A DNA stretch of 43,148 bases from Flavobacteriales bacterium (GCA_029247585.1 JAQWKY010000090.1:1-43148), one strand, 5' to 3'. Shown: positions 17,849 through 28,283, counted from the stretch's first letter. The notes: a model not told the origin generated them from the sequence alone. Translations and numbers: made by a program.

Positions 17849-20233
17849 TTAAGATCCACAAGCCACACAATCATCAGGATTTTCAATGGAGCATGCCAAT
17901 TGCTCTTCTGGGGTAAACTCTTGTACCTCCTCTGTAGCAACAACCGGCTCCATTTGGGCTTTGGATTGCTTTTGTACCGTAAATTTAATCGCATCTACAG
18001 CAGACTTCGTTCTCAGGTAGTACATTCCTGTTTTAAGTCCTTGTTTCCAAGCGTAGAAATGCATCGACGTTAACTTTCCTAGGTTTGCATTTTCCACAAA
18101 CAAGTTTAAAGATTGCGATTGATCGATAAACATTCCGCGCTCTCCGGCCATGTCGATGATGTCACGCATGCTCAACTCCCAAACCGTCTTGTAGAGGTCT
18201 TTGATGTTTTGCGGGATGATCTCAATATTTTGAATGGATCCGTTGGTGCGAAGGATATCGTTTTTCAACTCATCGTTCCACAAACCTAACTTTACCAAGT
18301 CTTTCAATAGGTGCTTGTTCACAATAATGAACTCTCCTGAAAGAACGCGTCGCGTATAAATGTTTGAAGTGTAAGGCTCAAAACACTCATTGTTTCCTAA
18401 AATCTGAGACGTCGATGCAGTAGGCATTGGCGCTAATAGCAAAGAGTTACGAACACCGCTTTCTTTAATTTCTTCGCGCAGTTCATCCCAGTCCCATCGA
18501 CCAGAAAGTTCTTTAGCTTCCACACCCCATAGATCAAACTGGAACTGACCTTGAGAAATTGGAGACCCTTCGAAGGTCTCGTAGGCTCCGTCCACTTTAG
18601 CCAGGTCTTTGGAAGCTTTCAAAGACGCAAAGTAAATCGTCTCGAAAATGTCTTTATTGAGCTGCTTCGCCTCTGGAGAGGTAAACGGCAAACGCAATTG
18701 GATGAAGGCATCAGCCAAACCTTGCACACCGAGTCCTACCGGACGGTGGCGCATGTTTGAATTCCGTGCTTCAGGAACTGGATAATAATTGCGGTCAATC
18801 ACAACGTTTAAGTTCTTGGTTACCTTATAGGTCACTTCGTACAATTTGTCGTGGTCAAATTTTCCGTTATCCACAAACATTGGCAAGGCAATGGATGCTA
18901 AGTTACATACAGCCACCTCATCTGGTGCCGTGTATTCTATAATCTCAGTACACAAGTTGGACGAACGAATGGTTCCGAGGTTCTTTTGATTTGATTTTTC
19001 ATTACAGGCATCCTTATACAACATGTAAGGTGTACCGGTTTCAATTTGAGATTCAACAATTTTCTCCCAAAGTTCACGTGCCTTAATCGTCTTACGACCT
19101 TTTCCTTCCGCTTCGTACTTTTCGTAAAGCGCTCTAAATTTATCACCGTAGGCATCTGCCAAGCCCGGGCACTCGTTCGGACACATTAGCGTCCACTCAC
19201 CATTGGCCTCTACTCGTTCCATGAACAAGTCAGGCGTCCACATGGCGTAGAAGAGGTCACGCGCACGCATTTCTTCTTTCCCGTGATTTTTTCTCAAGTC
19301 TAAGAAGTCAAACACATCTGCATGCCATGGCTCTAGGTATATGGCAAAAGATCCTTTTCTTTTTCCTCCACCTTGGTCTACGTAACGAGCCGTATCATTA
19401 AAGACGCGCAGCATAGGAACAATTCCGTTAGAAGTCCCATTCGTTCCGCGTATGTAAGATCCTTTGGCACGAACGTTGTGAATGCTTAATCCAATTCCAC
19501 CCGCAGACTGCGATATTTTAGAACACTGCTTTAGCGTGTCATAAATCCCATCGATGCTATCGTCTTTCATGGTCAATAAGAAGCATGAAGACATTTGTGG
19601 TTTCGGCGTACCGGCATTAAATAAGGTAGGTGTTGCGTGCGTGAAATATTTCTTCGACATCATCTCGTAGGTCTCGATGGCCGCATCAATATCGTCTTTG
19701 TGAATCCCTATAGAAACACGCATCAACATGTGCTGAGGTCGTTCTGCTATTTGCCCATCCAAACGCAATAAATACGAACGCTCTAAAGTTTTGAACCCAA
19801 AATAATCATATCCGAAATCCCTGTCGTAAATGATCGTAGAATCTAACACTTCTTTATGCTCTTGAATGATTTGATATATATCATCTGCCAAAAGAGGTGC
19901 TTGTTGTTTGGTAATCGGGTTTACGTATTCGTAGAGCTCCGTCATGGTTTCCGAAAACGACTTTTTCGTTTTCTTGTGCAAGTTTGACACAGCAATACGG
20001 GCTGCTAACTGCGCATAATCCGGATGCTTAACGGTTAGCGAAGCCGATACTTCAGCGGCCAAGTTATCCAACTCAAAGGTGGTTACCCCTTCGTAGATTC
20101 CTTCAATCACCTTCATAGCAACTGCAGCAGGATCTACCAAAGCGTCTAACCCATAACAGAGTTTTTGGATTCTGGCAGTAATTTTGTCAAACTTTACAGC
20201 CTCTTGACGGCCGTCTCTTTTTAATACGAACAT
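17849..20233 (-). CDS. nrdA: Class Ia ribonucleotide reductase alpha subunit with ATP cone
   Basis: VLKRDG ATP cone, [23 protein letters not shown]-terminal CxxC. Confidence 0.97.
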   Translation of the reverse strand: MFVLKRDGRQEAVKFDKITARIQKLCYGLDALVDPAAVAMKVIEGIYEGVTTFELDNLAAEVSASLTVKHPDYAQLAARIAVSNLHKKTKKSFSETMTELYEYVNPITKQQAPLLADDIYQIIQEHKEVLDSTIIYDRDFGYDYFGFKTLERSYLLRLDGQIAERPQHMLMRVSIGIHKDDIDAAIETYEMMSKKYFTHATPTLFNAGTPKPQMSSCFLLTMKDDSIDGIYDTLKQCSKISQSAGGIGLSIHNVRAKGSYIRGTNGTSNGIVPMLRVFNDTARYVDQGGGKRKGSFAIYLEPWHADVFDFLDLRKNHGKEEMRARDLFYAMWTPDLFMERVEANGEWTLMCPNECPGLADAYGDKFRALYEKYEAEGKGRKTIKARELWEKIVESQIETGTPYMLYKDACNEKSNQKNLGTIRSSNLCTEIIEYTAPDEVAVCNLASIALPMFVDNGKFDHDKLYEVTYKVTKNLNVVIDRNYYPVPEARNSNMRHRPVGLGVQGLADAFIQLRLPFTSPEAKQLNKDIFETIYFASLKASKDLAKVDGAYETFEGSPISQGQFQFDLWGVEAKELSGRWDWDELREEIKESGVRNSLLLAPMPTASTSQILGNNECFEPYTSNIYTRRVLSGEFIIVNKHLLKDLVKLGLWNDELKNDILRTNGSIQNIEIIPQNIKDLYKTVWELSMRDIIDMAGERGMFIDQSQSLNLFVENANLGKLTSMHFYAWKQGLKTGMYYLRTKSAVDAIKFTVQKQSKAQMEPVVATEEVQEFTPEEQLACSIENPDDCVACGS

Positions 20234-20255
20234 AGGGATAGGGAGTTAGTGGGAT

Positions 20256-21230
20256 TTAAAAATCAGCGTCAAAGGTGAATCCTGCGTCTTCTTCTTTTCC
20301 TAAGACACCTGCTTTTTGGTATTCCGATACGCGCTTCTCGAAGAAGTTGGTCTTTCCTTGAAGCGAAATCATGTCCATGAAGTCGAATGGGTTTTCAACA
20401 TTGTAGACTTTATCACACCGCAATTCAACCAATAAGCGGTCGGTAACAAACTCTAAATACTGGGTCATCAGGTCTGAGTTCATTCCAATCAGTCGAACCG
20501 GCAATGCCTCGATGATGAACTCTCGCTCAATATCTAAAGCGTCAGTAATAATCTGGGTAATTCGTTCTTTAGGCACTTTATTTATGATGTGATCGTTGTG
20601 CAGCATGCATGCAAAATCACAGTGCAGCCCCTCATCGCGAGAAATTAACTCGTTGGAGAAGGTTAATCCAGGCAAGAGGCCTCTTTTCTTCATCCAGAAG
20701 ATGGAACAGAAAGAGCCTGAGAAGAAAATTCCTTCCACAGCGGCGAAAGCAATCAATCGTTCGGCAAAACTTGGCGACTCAATCCATTTTAGAGCCCAGT
20801 CCGCTTTCTTCTTAATGGCATCAAAGTTTTCAATGGCATTAAACAACTTGTCGGCCTCTGCTTTGTCTTTGATGTACGTGTCAATCAATAATGAGTAGGT
20901 TTCCGAATGGATGTTCTCCATCATGATTTGAAAGCCATAGAAAAACTTAGCCTCAGTGTACTGCACTTCAGAAAGGAAGTTTTCGGCAAGGTTTTCATTT
21001 ACAATTCCGTCTGAGGCAGCAAAAAACGCAAGAACGTGTTTGATGAAGTGTCTTTCGTCGTCGTTCAACTTGGTTTCCCAATCAATGATATCCTGGCTTA
21101 GGTCAATTTCCTCAGCCGTCCAAATGCTCGCTTCTTCCTCTTTGTAAAATTTCCAAATGTCATCGTGTACGATGGGAAAAAGAACAAATCGGTTTTCGTT
21201 TTCTTGTAAAATAGGTTCAACAGCTGCCAT
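20256..21230 (-). CDS. nrdB: Ribonucleotide reductase beta subunit
   Basis: [31 protein letters not shown]. Confidence 0.97.
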   Translation of the reverse strand: MAAVEPILQENENRFVLFPIVHDDIWKFYKEEEASIWTAEEIDLSQDIIDWETKLNDDERHFIKHVLAFFAASDGIVNENLAENFLSEVQYTEAKFFYGFQIMMENIHSETYSLLIDTYIKDKAEADKLFNAIENFDAIKKKADWALKWIESPSFAERLIAFAAVEGIFFSGSFCSIFWMKKRGLLPGLTFSNELISRDEGLHCDFACMLHNDHIINKVPKERITQIITDALDIEREFIIEALPVRLIGMNSDLMTQYLEFVTDRLLVELRCDKVYNVENPFDFMDMISLQGKTNFFEKRVSEYQKAGVLGKEEDAGFTFDADF

Positions 21231-21510
21231 AACACATTGTATATTTTTGAACTAAATCGTTCAATTGGTTTGAAAATCAACACTTGAGAATCAAGGAATA
21301 AAAAAGCCCATTGGGATTTGAGCTACTACAAAGATTTTAATAAAAACTCTCGCATCCAATAGCGGAATTAAAATTGCTATTTGAAGTTTTCAACAAATCG
21401 TTGATATCCATCCCAAAGTGCGCATTTATAAAGAGTTGCAAAATTCTAATTAGTGTTAAAAACAAAATTAAATTAAAAAAACACGTACAAATAAAAAGTT
21501 GATATTGGGC

Positions 21511-22092
21511 CTATGAACGGCATGATTTCTCGTGCTTTTCCGCAGCAAACTCAAGGGCTTTATACCAATCTATTCCGTATTTTTTTTGAAGAGGCTCCTT
21601 TAAAAACTTATACACCGGAACTTTTAATTTTTGACCGCATTCACAGGCGGGTTCACAGATGTTCCACTTGTGGTAGTTTACCGCCTCAAATTCTGGATAA
21701 CTTTGTACGCGAACAGGATACAATTCGCAAGAAATGGGTTTCTTAAAATCAATTTTCCCGGCTCGATTGGCTGCCTCTATGGCGCATTTTGCGGTTTTGT
21801 TTTCATCGAAAAAAACGTAAACACATTCTTTTCCTTGCACCAGAGGGGTTTCCTTTTCGCCGTCTTCGCCAAGCACCCATTTCCCTTGTTCCTCTACGCC
21901 CTTAATGCCTTTCTCAACCATGTAGGGCTTTACCTCTTCGTAGATGTTTTCAAGCACTTCTACTTCGTCATCTTCCACAGGAGCGCCACCGGTTCCCTCC
22001 ACGCAACAAGCCCCTTTGCAGGCGCTCAAGTCACAGACGAACTCTTGGTCCAAGAGGTCTTCAGAAATCAGGGTGTTTTTAATAGATATCAC
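21511..22092 (-). CDS. DUF3109-like Cys-rich (putative Fe-S/Zn) protein
   Basis: FVCDLSACKGACCVEG, KPISCELYP; probable GTG start at 22092, 4 nt after TATCTTTG. Confidence 0.8.
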   Translation of the reverse strand: MISIKNTLISEDLLDQEFVCDLSACKGACCVEGTGGAPVEDDEVEVLENIYEEVKPYMVEKGIKGVEEQGKWVLGEDGEKETPLVQGKECVYVFFDENKTAKCAIEAANRAGKIDFKKPISCELYPVRVQSYPEFEAVNYHKWNICEPACECGQKLKVPVYKFLKEPLQKKYGIDWYKALEFAAEKHEKSCRS

Positions 22093-22127
22093 CCTGCAAA
22101 GATACGGTTTTCGGAGGCAAAACTGCC

Positions 22128-22673
22128 TTAATCTGTAAGGGCTTTTTCTTGTAATTGCGCGTAAATCCTGCACGATTTGATGTGTGCACCCGAAAGGTAT
22201 CCGGTACTCATTAAAAACTCTTTGGTGATTTCTCCTCCTGTAAACTTGAAGGTTGTCTTGAACACCTTCACCCAGTCTTTATGTGCCTGAGGGTGATGTT
22301 TATCCAGCCAATTTTTAAACGAGCCAAAAATTTCTTGAAGCGTTACTATTTTCTGGGCGTTGTATAGGGCAGCCTCTATCTTCAGTCTGTTGCGAATGAT
22401 TCCGGGATCGTTCATCAATCTAGTAACATCTGCTTTGCTGTACAGCGCTACTTTGGCTATCTGAAAATTTGAATAAGCACGGCGAAAATTTTCTTGCTTT
22501 TTGAGTATGGTGGTCCAAGAAAGCCCTGCTTGGTTGATTTCTAACACCAGGCGGCCAAACAATTCATCATCAGAAGAAACGGGGAATCCATACTGGGTGT
22601 CGTGGTAAATTCTGTCCAAACTGTCCTCTGGCAAGGTTGCTACATACTCGCAATACGATTTGGGCTTTTCCAT
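22128..22673 (-). CDS. tag: DNA-3-methyladenine glycosylase I
   Basis: YHDTQYG, LEINQAGLSW, GIIRNRLKI, FKFTG, H..C. Confidence 0.92.
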   Translation of the reverse strand: MEKPKSYCEYVATLPEDSLDRIYHDTQYGFPVSSDDELFGRLVLEINQAGLSWTTILKKQENFRRAYSNFQIAKVALYSKADVTRLMNDPGIIRNRLKIEAALYNAQKIVTLQEIFGSFKNWLDKHHPQAHKDWVKVFKTTFKFTGGEITKEFLMSTGYLSGAHIKSCRIYAQLQEKALTD

Positions 22674-22779
22674 AAGACTGTTTAACTAAGCTTCTCTATT
22701 ACATGAAGACATTCGCATTGCTGAGAAGGCTTTATTTCCAAGGCGATTCAATTATAGAATTCTCTGTCTGATGGATTGC

Positions 22780-22980
22780 GACCCTGTATAGGGTGTCCTT
22801 CTTGAAACTTTTCTCATCAAAATGTTAATCAAATCATTCGAAGAGAATCCTACCGAAACCTTTTCCATTTTTGAAATAATTCACAACAAGCTCATTATCT
22901 CTTGTGTCAAAAAAGGTCGTCTTGATTGTCGCACTTAGGGTCGCGCCATACCAGAGTTGTTCCTACAGCATTCCCCACAG
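22780..22980 (-). pseudogene. Probable frameshifted remnant of a hypothetical gene
   Basis: Protein-like fragments WYGATLSATIKTTFFDTRDNELVVNYFK / SSNDLINILMRK / VSRRTPYT spread over shifting frames; no intact ORF. Confidence 0.4.
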
Positions 22981-23038
22981 ACCTCGATGTGTCATCTGTT
23001 TTGGAATTTCCTTGTAATTGGACCCAGTTGAGCGCGCA

Positions 23039-23584
23039 TTAAAACAAGTACCTGACACCCAAAGATAGTTTAATCAAATTGTCGGCTTCATCACCAATTC
23101 CAAACGCTTCTTGTTCATCTTTAGTTGGTTTGAAATTAAAATAATCCGCATTAGCGGCCAATGCCCAGTTAGAACCCAATGGAATATTATACGTGGCTCC
23201 TAAAACGACACCTTTACAATCTATTGTAAGTTTATATCCATCAACTTCAATTACTGTACTTACTACCGCATATTGAGGCTTAAAATCAAAACGTCCTGCT
23301 GATATCATCGGGCCCAAAGATAAATACCCAACTCCCACAGTAATCCCTGGATCATATGTAGATATGTGCCCGCTCGCCCCCCAGTTCAAGGTTGCTCCAA
23401 AAGTTTCAGTAAATCGGAATCCAAGATTAATCAGACCAAGTTCAAATCCAGCATCAATAGCATCACCAGTGTCACCGATTGGCAAACCAACACCTAAATT
23501 TAGGCCGACATAACCCTTAGAGTCTTGTGCATAAGATTGTGAGGTTAATAACGTCGCTACAAATAGAACAATTAACTTCTTCAT
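23039..23584 (-). CDS. Outer-membrane beta-barrel protein (OmpA-like transmembrane type)
   Basis: Signal peptide, alternating beta strands, C-terminal LGVRYLF. Confidence 0.75.
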   Translation of the reverse strand: MKKLIVLFVATLLTSQSYAQDSKGYVGLNLGVGLPIGDTGDAIDAGFELGLINLGFRFTETFGATLNWGASGHISTYDPGITVGVGYLSLGPMISAGRFDFKPQYAVVSTVIEVDGYKLTIDCKGVVLGATYNIPLGSNWALAANADYFNFKPTKDEQEAFGIGDEADNLIKLSLGVRYLF

Positions 23585-23636
23585 GTTTGTTTTTCTTTAG
23601 TTAGACAACTAATCTATTGATTTTTTAGCACTAAAG

Positions 23637-23668
23637 AAAACCTCCTCAATAAAGAGGAGGCTTTGTAC
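23637..23668. repeat. Direct-repeat copy of tRNA-Leu 3' end plus terminator (att-like scar)
   Basis: AAAACCTCCTCAATAAAGAGGAGGCTTTGTAC is 31/32 identical to 24760-24791. Confidence 0.9.
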
Positions 23669-23843
23669 ACGATGCGGTGAACTTATCGAACTCTTTGATG
23701 GAAGACCTTGAAAAGCTTGGAAAGTTCTACGAAAAGCACAAAAGCTACATAAAGTCGAAATCTGAGAAGAACCTAGAAGAGGCTTAGTATTACACTACTA
23801 CCCAGTTATAGAACTGAACTAGAACTTAGAAGGAGCGGATTAA

Positions 23844-24722
23844 TTACTTATTCCTCTCTATATTATATGAAATTCCTAAAGTAAAATTTATTGACGATAG
23901 GTTTTGGGTGCCACCACGAGAAGAAAGGTATACGATTTCATAATCCCTCTTATTGGCATACATATACCCCAAAGAATATTCTAGATTTAGATTCTTATAT
24001 AGTCTATAAAACCCATCTAAACCAAACTTATAAATAATAAAATTGTCTACATCATTTATGTTGTCTGGAAATTCACCCAAATTTTCGGCCGTCAGGACCA
24101 CAAAACCATAATTTGGGTCAATTTGGTCTCCAAAAGACAATTGAGACTTATCTAATTCTATAATATATTTATCCCTAGTAATCCCAACCCTAAAAAACGC
24201 CCTTATTATGTTGTCTTGTAATTTTATCGAAGGCCCTATAAACAATCCAAATCTATGAAGATTCCCACTTAAAACACTTGGGGGTTGATATAAAGAATTA
24301 AAAGAAAAAAAGACCTCTCCAGTAATGTGAGCAATTTTATATAAATGAGATTCATAAATTAGGGTGCTGGTAACCCCTAGACCTTGAAAAATTGATTCCG
24401 AAAAATAATTCCCCCCACCTAAAAGGCCAATTTTATTGGATGAAAAATTTGTTTCGAAAAGATTTTTAGGAGGCCTTCCCAGCTTATTAGAAAGTCGGTT
24501 ATTTATAATATCAACTCTACCAGAGTCGTGAATAATTTTAATTATTTTCTTTCGATTAATAAAATAGTTTAAATCCTCACCAAGGTGGGTGTACTTAATA
24601 TTTTTAACTCCCATTTCGACAATCTTTACACTTAAAGTGTCTCCGCTTACTAATACTAATTTATCGCTTTGACAATAACACATTAGAGGAATAAATGATA
24701 GTATCTGTAATAGTTTTTTCAT
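23844..24722 (-). CDS. AT-rich hypothetical exported / outer-membrane protein
   Basis: Signal peptide-like N-terminus, DKLVLVSGDTLSVKI..IKY N-terminal motif, beta-strand-like C-terminus (FTLGISYNI). Confidence 0.65.
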   Translation of the reverse strand: MKKLLQILSFIPLMCYCQSDKLVLVSGDTLSVKIVEMGVKNIKYTHLGEDLNYFINRKKIIKIIHDSGRVDIINNRLSNKLGRPPKNLFETNFSSNKIGLLGGGNYFSESIFQGLGVTSTLIYESHLYKIAHITGEVFFSFNSLYQPPSVLSGNLHRFGLFIGPSIKLQDNIIRAFFRVGITRDKYIIELDKSQLSFGDQIDPNYGFVVLTAENLGEFPDNINDVDNFIIYKFGLDGFYRLYKNLNLEYSLGYMYANKRDYEIVYLSSRGGTQNLSSINFTLGISYNIERNK

Positions 24723-24758
24723 AATCGTAATTTAAATATGAGCTAATATATGAAAAAC

Positions 24759-24787
24759 AAAAACCTCCTCAATAATGAGGAGGCTTT
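24759..24787 (-). terminator. Terminator of tRNA-Leu
   Basis: AAAGCCTCCTC-ATTATT-GAGGAGGTTTTT. Confidence 0.85.
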
Positions 24788-24788
24788 G

Positions 24789-24870
24789 TACCTGGGGCGG
24801 GAATCGAACCCGCACTCTCGAAAGAACTGGATTTTGAATCCAGCGCGTCTACCAATTCCGCCACCCAGGC
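24789..24870 (-). tRNA. tRNA-Leu(CAA)
   Basis: GCCTGGG acceptor stem, D arm GGCGGAATTGGTAGACGC, anticodon arm CTGGA-TTCAAAA-TCCAG, long variable arm, GGTTCGATTCC; CCA not encoded. Confidence 0.97.
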
Positions 24871-25124
24871 TTGAAAAAGGTCGAGGGGCAAAATTAAGAA
24901 TACTTTGGCGCCCACAAAATATTTTTTGTTTTTAATTGTTCCTCTGAAGACTTTCTACGTGATTCTCACTCTTGGCTGTCTTTACCTGTGTTTTTGTCTA
25001 AGTCCGTGATAAACAAAGAGTACTCATAATCCGCCGTATACTAGAGCGTTTTCAATATAATTTCTTACATTTGCACCCCTTACAGAGGAACGGATTAATC
25101 TATTTATCAAAGGATTGCAAAACG

Positions 25125-26054
25125 ATGGATTCAACAATTAAAATATTTTCAGGTAGAGCGACACTCCCTTTAGCAAAAAAAATTGCCGAAGACTATGGTG
25201 TTCCCTTAGGAAATATCATCATTTTCAATTTCAGTGATGGCGAATTTATCCCTTCTTTTGAAGAAACCGTAAGAGGCTCTAAAGTCTTCATCATCCAGTC
25301 TACACCACCTCCATCAGACAATCTCATGGAGTTGTTGCTGATGATTGATGCCGCCAAACGCGCTTCTGCATCACAAATTGTTGCCGTGATGCCTTACTTC
25401 GGAATGGCACGCCAAGATCGTAAAGACAAGCCTAGAGTTCCTATAGGAGCAAAGCTCGTTGCCAATATGCTCACCGCAGCAGGCGCAACGCGCATCATGA
25501 CCTGCGACTTGCACGCCGATCAAATTCAAGGCTTCCTAGAAGTTCCGGTAGATCACTTGTACGCTTCTTCCGTTTTTATTGACCACATCAAATCCTTAAA
25601 CCTAGACCATTTAACCATCGCCTCTCCAGATATGGGCGGATCCAAGCGTGCGCATGCGTATGCCAAGCACTTGGGTTGCGAAATGGTGATTTGTTACAAG
25701 CACCGTAAGAAAGCCAATGAAATTGGTGATATGCGCGTGATTGGAGAGGTAGAAGGAAGAAACATCGTGTTGGTGGATGACATGGTGGATACCGCGGGTA
25801 CGCTAACCACTGCAGCAGACATGATGCTGAAACACGGAGCACTATCCGTTCGTGCAGTTTGTACTCACCCCGTTTTGTCAGGCAAAGCCTACGAACGTGT
25901 AGAAAACTCAAAAATGCTTGAACTTATCGTAACCGATACCTTGCCAAGCCAAGAGAGTCCTAAAATTAAAGTCATAAGCATCGCTCCGCTGTTTGCCAAC
26001 GTGATAAAAAACGTGGTAAACAATGAATCGATTAGTAAAAATTTTATTCGTTAA
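25125..26054 (+). CDS. prs: Ribose-phosphate pyrophosphokinase
   Basis: FSDGE, ARQDRK, DLHADQIQGF, VDDMVDTAGT; start ATG 25125. Confidence 0.96.
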   Translation: MDSTIKIFSGRATLPLAKKIAEDYGVPLGNIIIFNFSDGEFIPSFEETVRGSKVFIIQSTPPPSDNLMELLLMIDAAKRASASQIVAVMPYFGMARQDRKDKPRVPIGAKLVANMLTAAGATRIMTCDLHADQIQGFLEVPVDHLYASSVFIDHIKSLNLDHLTIASPDMGGSKRAHAYAKHLGCEMVICYKHRKKANEIGDMRVIGEVEGRNIVLVDDMVDTAGTLTTAADMMLKHGALSVRAVCTHPVLSGKAYERVENSKMLELIVTDTLPSQESPKIKVISIAPLFANVIKNVVNNESISKNFIR

Positions 26055-26082
26055 TTAGTTTATAAACCAAAAATCAAACCAA

Positions 26083-26703
26083 ATGAAATCAGTATCTATT
26101 AGCGCTGAAAAGCGTGTAGATTTGGGGAAAAAGGAAGCTAAAGCCTTAAGAGCTGCAGGGAAAGTACCTTGCGTTGTTTACGGCGGAGAAACCGTACAAC
26201 ACTTTGCGGCTACAGAAATTGCTTTCAACAACCTTGTTTACACACCGAATGTATACGCGGTGGCGATTGATATTGAGGGCACTACAGTTAATGCCCTTAT
26301 CAAAGACATTCAATTTCACCCCGTAACCGACAGAATCATTCACATCGACTTTGTTGAGTTGACTCCAGGGAAAAGCGTAAACACAGAAATTCCTGTTGTT
26401 ATTAACGGAAATGCTATCGGTGTAAGAAATGGTGGTAAATTGCGTAAAACACTTCGTAAGCTGAGTGTTCGTGCTACGCCTGAAAACTTGCCTGACGCCA
26501 TTACACTCGACATCTCTAAAATGAAAATTGGAGAGAAAATTTACGTTAGAGACGTAGATGCTAAAGGTTTTGACATTCTAACTTCTGGTAATGCGGTAAT
26601 TGTTGCTGTGAAAACGGCTCGTAATGTCGTTGAAGAAGAGGAAGAAGAAGGAGCTGAAGCTGCTGCTGACGCGCCTGCTGCTGAAGCACCTGCTGCAGAA
26701 TAA
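26083..26703 (+). CDS. rplY: 50S ribosomal protein L25/Ctc
   Basis: VPCVVYG, IQFHPVTD..HIDF, acidic Ala-rich tail; prs-rplY-pth synteny. Confidence 0.95.
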   Translation: MKSVSISAEKRVDLGKKEAKALRAAGKVPCVVYGGETVQHFAATEIAFNNLVYTPNVYAVAIDIEGTTVNALIKDIQFHPVTDRIIHIDFVELTPGKSVNTEIPVVINGNAIGVRNGGKLRKTLRKLSVRATPENLPDAITLDISKMKIGEKIYVRDVDAKGFDILTSGNAVIVAVKTARNVVEEEEEEGAEAAADAPAAEAPAAE

Positions 26704-26705
26704 AC

Positions 26706-27272
26706 ATGAAAAAATTCCTTATCATAGGATTAGGAAATGTTGGAGCTGAGTATGCAAATACGCGGCACAATATAGGCTTTAAAGTATTGGAAGCGCTCGC
26801 GAGTGCTTCCAATACTTGTTTTAAGCCCAATCGTTATGCAGATACTGCAACGATAAAAATCAAAGGCCGTTCGGTTACTTTGGTCAAACCAACCACCTTT
26901 ATGAACCTTAGTGGAAAGGCGGTAAACTACTATCTGCAGAACGAAAAAATCGCCCTTGAAAACACCCTAATCATCACAGATGATTTAGCGCTTCCCTTTG
27001 GTGCGCTTCGCATGCGGACAAAAGGCAGCGATGGTGGACACAACGGCTTAAAACACATCATTCAGACCTTAAACTGTTCACAATTCACTAGAATACGATT
27101 TGGGGTGGGCAACGAGTTTTCAAAAGGAAAACAAGTCGATTATGTACTCGGCGAATGGTCTTCTGAAGAAGAAGAAAAATTGAAGGAGCGCTTAGAAACC
27201 CTCTCCAAAATGATTCAAAGCTTTGTTTGTATTGGAGCCCCAAAAACCATGACGGACTTCAACGGGAAATAA
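26706..27272 (+). CDS. pth: Peptidyl-tRNA hydrolase
   Basis: GLGN..TRHNIGF, KPTTFMNLSG, GGHNGL. Confidence 0.96.
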   Translation: MKKFLIIGLGNVGAEYANTRHNIGFKVLEALASASNTCFKPNRYADTATIKIKGRSVTLVKPTTFMNLSGKAVNYYLQNEKIALENTLIITDDLALPFGALRMRTKGSDGGHNGLKHIIQTLNCSQFTRIRFGVGNEFSKGKQVDYVLGEWSSEEEEKLKERLETLSKMIQSFVCIGAPKTMTDFNGK

Positions 27273-27371
27273 TCCCAAAACCTCTCTCAGCCCTTGTTTT
27301 TGTGACGCTTGTAAGGACATCAGGCCTTATCATTTAAATTGCTTATCTTAGTTTCACACAAAAACTCGAAA

Positions 27372-28283
27372 ATGAAAACCCTCTCTCTTTTTGCTGTGTT
27401 TATAAGCATTTCCGTATCCGCACAAAATAACAATTGTTGCATCAACCCAAATTGGGTGAATCCGGACGCCATGTGTACGGAACAATACGAGCCTGTAACG
27501 GGTTGTGATGGAAAGTTGTACAGCAATGCTTGTTTTGCATCGATTGCCGGAGTAAGCTCTTGGGAAAACAGTGCTGGAGAGCTTACCAATATAGATTGGG
27601 ATTGTGCATCTAGCCCGGTCCTTTGTGAAACACCCTCAGGAGTTGTCATTTATGAGGTGGGTGATTGGACCAACCCCGATAATCCTTGCGAAGCGGGTTA
27701 CTGCAGTGCAGATGGATTCTTTTCTCAAATCGTATATGACTGCCCCTACGAGATGGGAATCCCGTGTGAGGGAGAGTTGGTGCAAGTACCTGGGCAATGC
27801 TGTTCGGAATGCATTGAAGAGGAGCCTCTGTGTACTTCTAGCAGTGGAATAGAAATCTATGAAGCCGGAGACTGGTTTAACCCCAACAACCCTTGCGATG
27901 CGGGGTTTTGCGGCGAAGATGGAACTTTCTCCATGATGATTATTGATTGTGCAGAACCTATGGGTGTAGAATGCGATGGTGAATGGGTTGACGTGGAAGG
28001 GCAATGCTGTTCAGAATGTGTTGAAATTACCGATAACGTCTGTTCAGGAGTTTCTATTACACTGAACCAAGGCTGGAATATGATTGGTTTCGGATGTGAC
28101 AGCGACAAAAATGCTTCAACGACTTTTTCCAGCATACAGAACCAACTCATCATCGCCAAAGATGGCGTTGGAAATGCCTACTTAACCGAATATGACTTTA
28201 ACGGAATTGGTGATTTAAAACGCGGCTATGGCTACTTGATAAAAGTCACCGAAGAAATTCCGAATTATAACATTTGCAGGTAA
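27372..28283 (+). CDS. Secreted Cys-rich protein: Kazal-like domain, two VWC-like repeats, C-terminal GWN domain
   Basis: Signal peptide from ATG 27372; CTEQYEPVTGCDGKLYSNAC; two 66-aa repeats ending GQCCSEC; ITLNQGWNMIGF. Confidence 0.7.
   Translation: MKTLSLFAVFISISVSAQNNNCCINPNWVNPDAMCTEQYEPVTGCDGKLYSNACFASIAGVSSWENSAGELTNIDWDCASSPVLCETPSGVVIYEVGDWTNPDNPCEAGYCSADGFFSQIVYDCPYEMGIPCEGELVQVPGQCCSECIEEEPLCTSSSGIEIYEAGDWFNPNNPCDAGFCGEDGTFSMMIIDCAEPMGVECDGEWVDVEGQCCSECVEITDNVCSGVSITLNQGWNMIGFGCDSDKNASTTFSSIQNQLIIAKDGVGNAYLTEYDFNGIGDLKRGYGYLIKVTEEIPNYNICR
27621..28025 (+). repeat. Intragenic tandem duplication (2 x 198 nt, period 207)
   Basis: 27621-27818 and 27828-28025 encode homologous 8-Cys modules. 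Confidence 0.85.

Larger units (their letters stand above)
23637..24791. mobile_element. Small integrated islet at tRNA-Leu, no integrase retained
   Basis: Flanking 32-bp direct repeats touching the tRNA 3' end; visibly AT-rich cargo gene. Confidence 0.6.

Noticed and set aside
21231-21510. NrdR boxes or cobalamin riboswitch upstream of nrdB
   Set aside because: No convincing paired NrdR boxes or B12 box by eye; only one imperfect DnaA-like TTTTCAACA at 21387-21395.
23637-24791. CRISPR array from the 32-bp palindromic repeat
   Set aside because: Only two copies 1.1 kb apart; the palindrome is the tRNA terminator and there are no cas genes.
24750-24935. 61-aa ORF
   Set aside because: Antisense reading of tRNA-Leu and its terminator.
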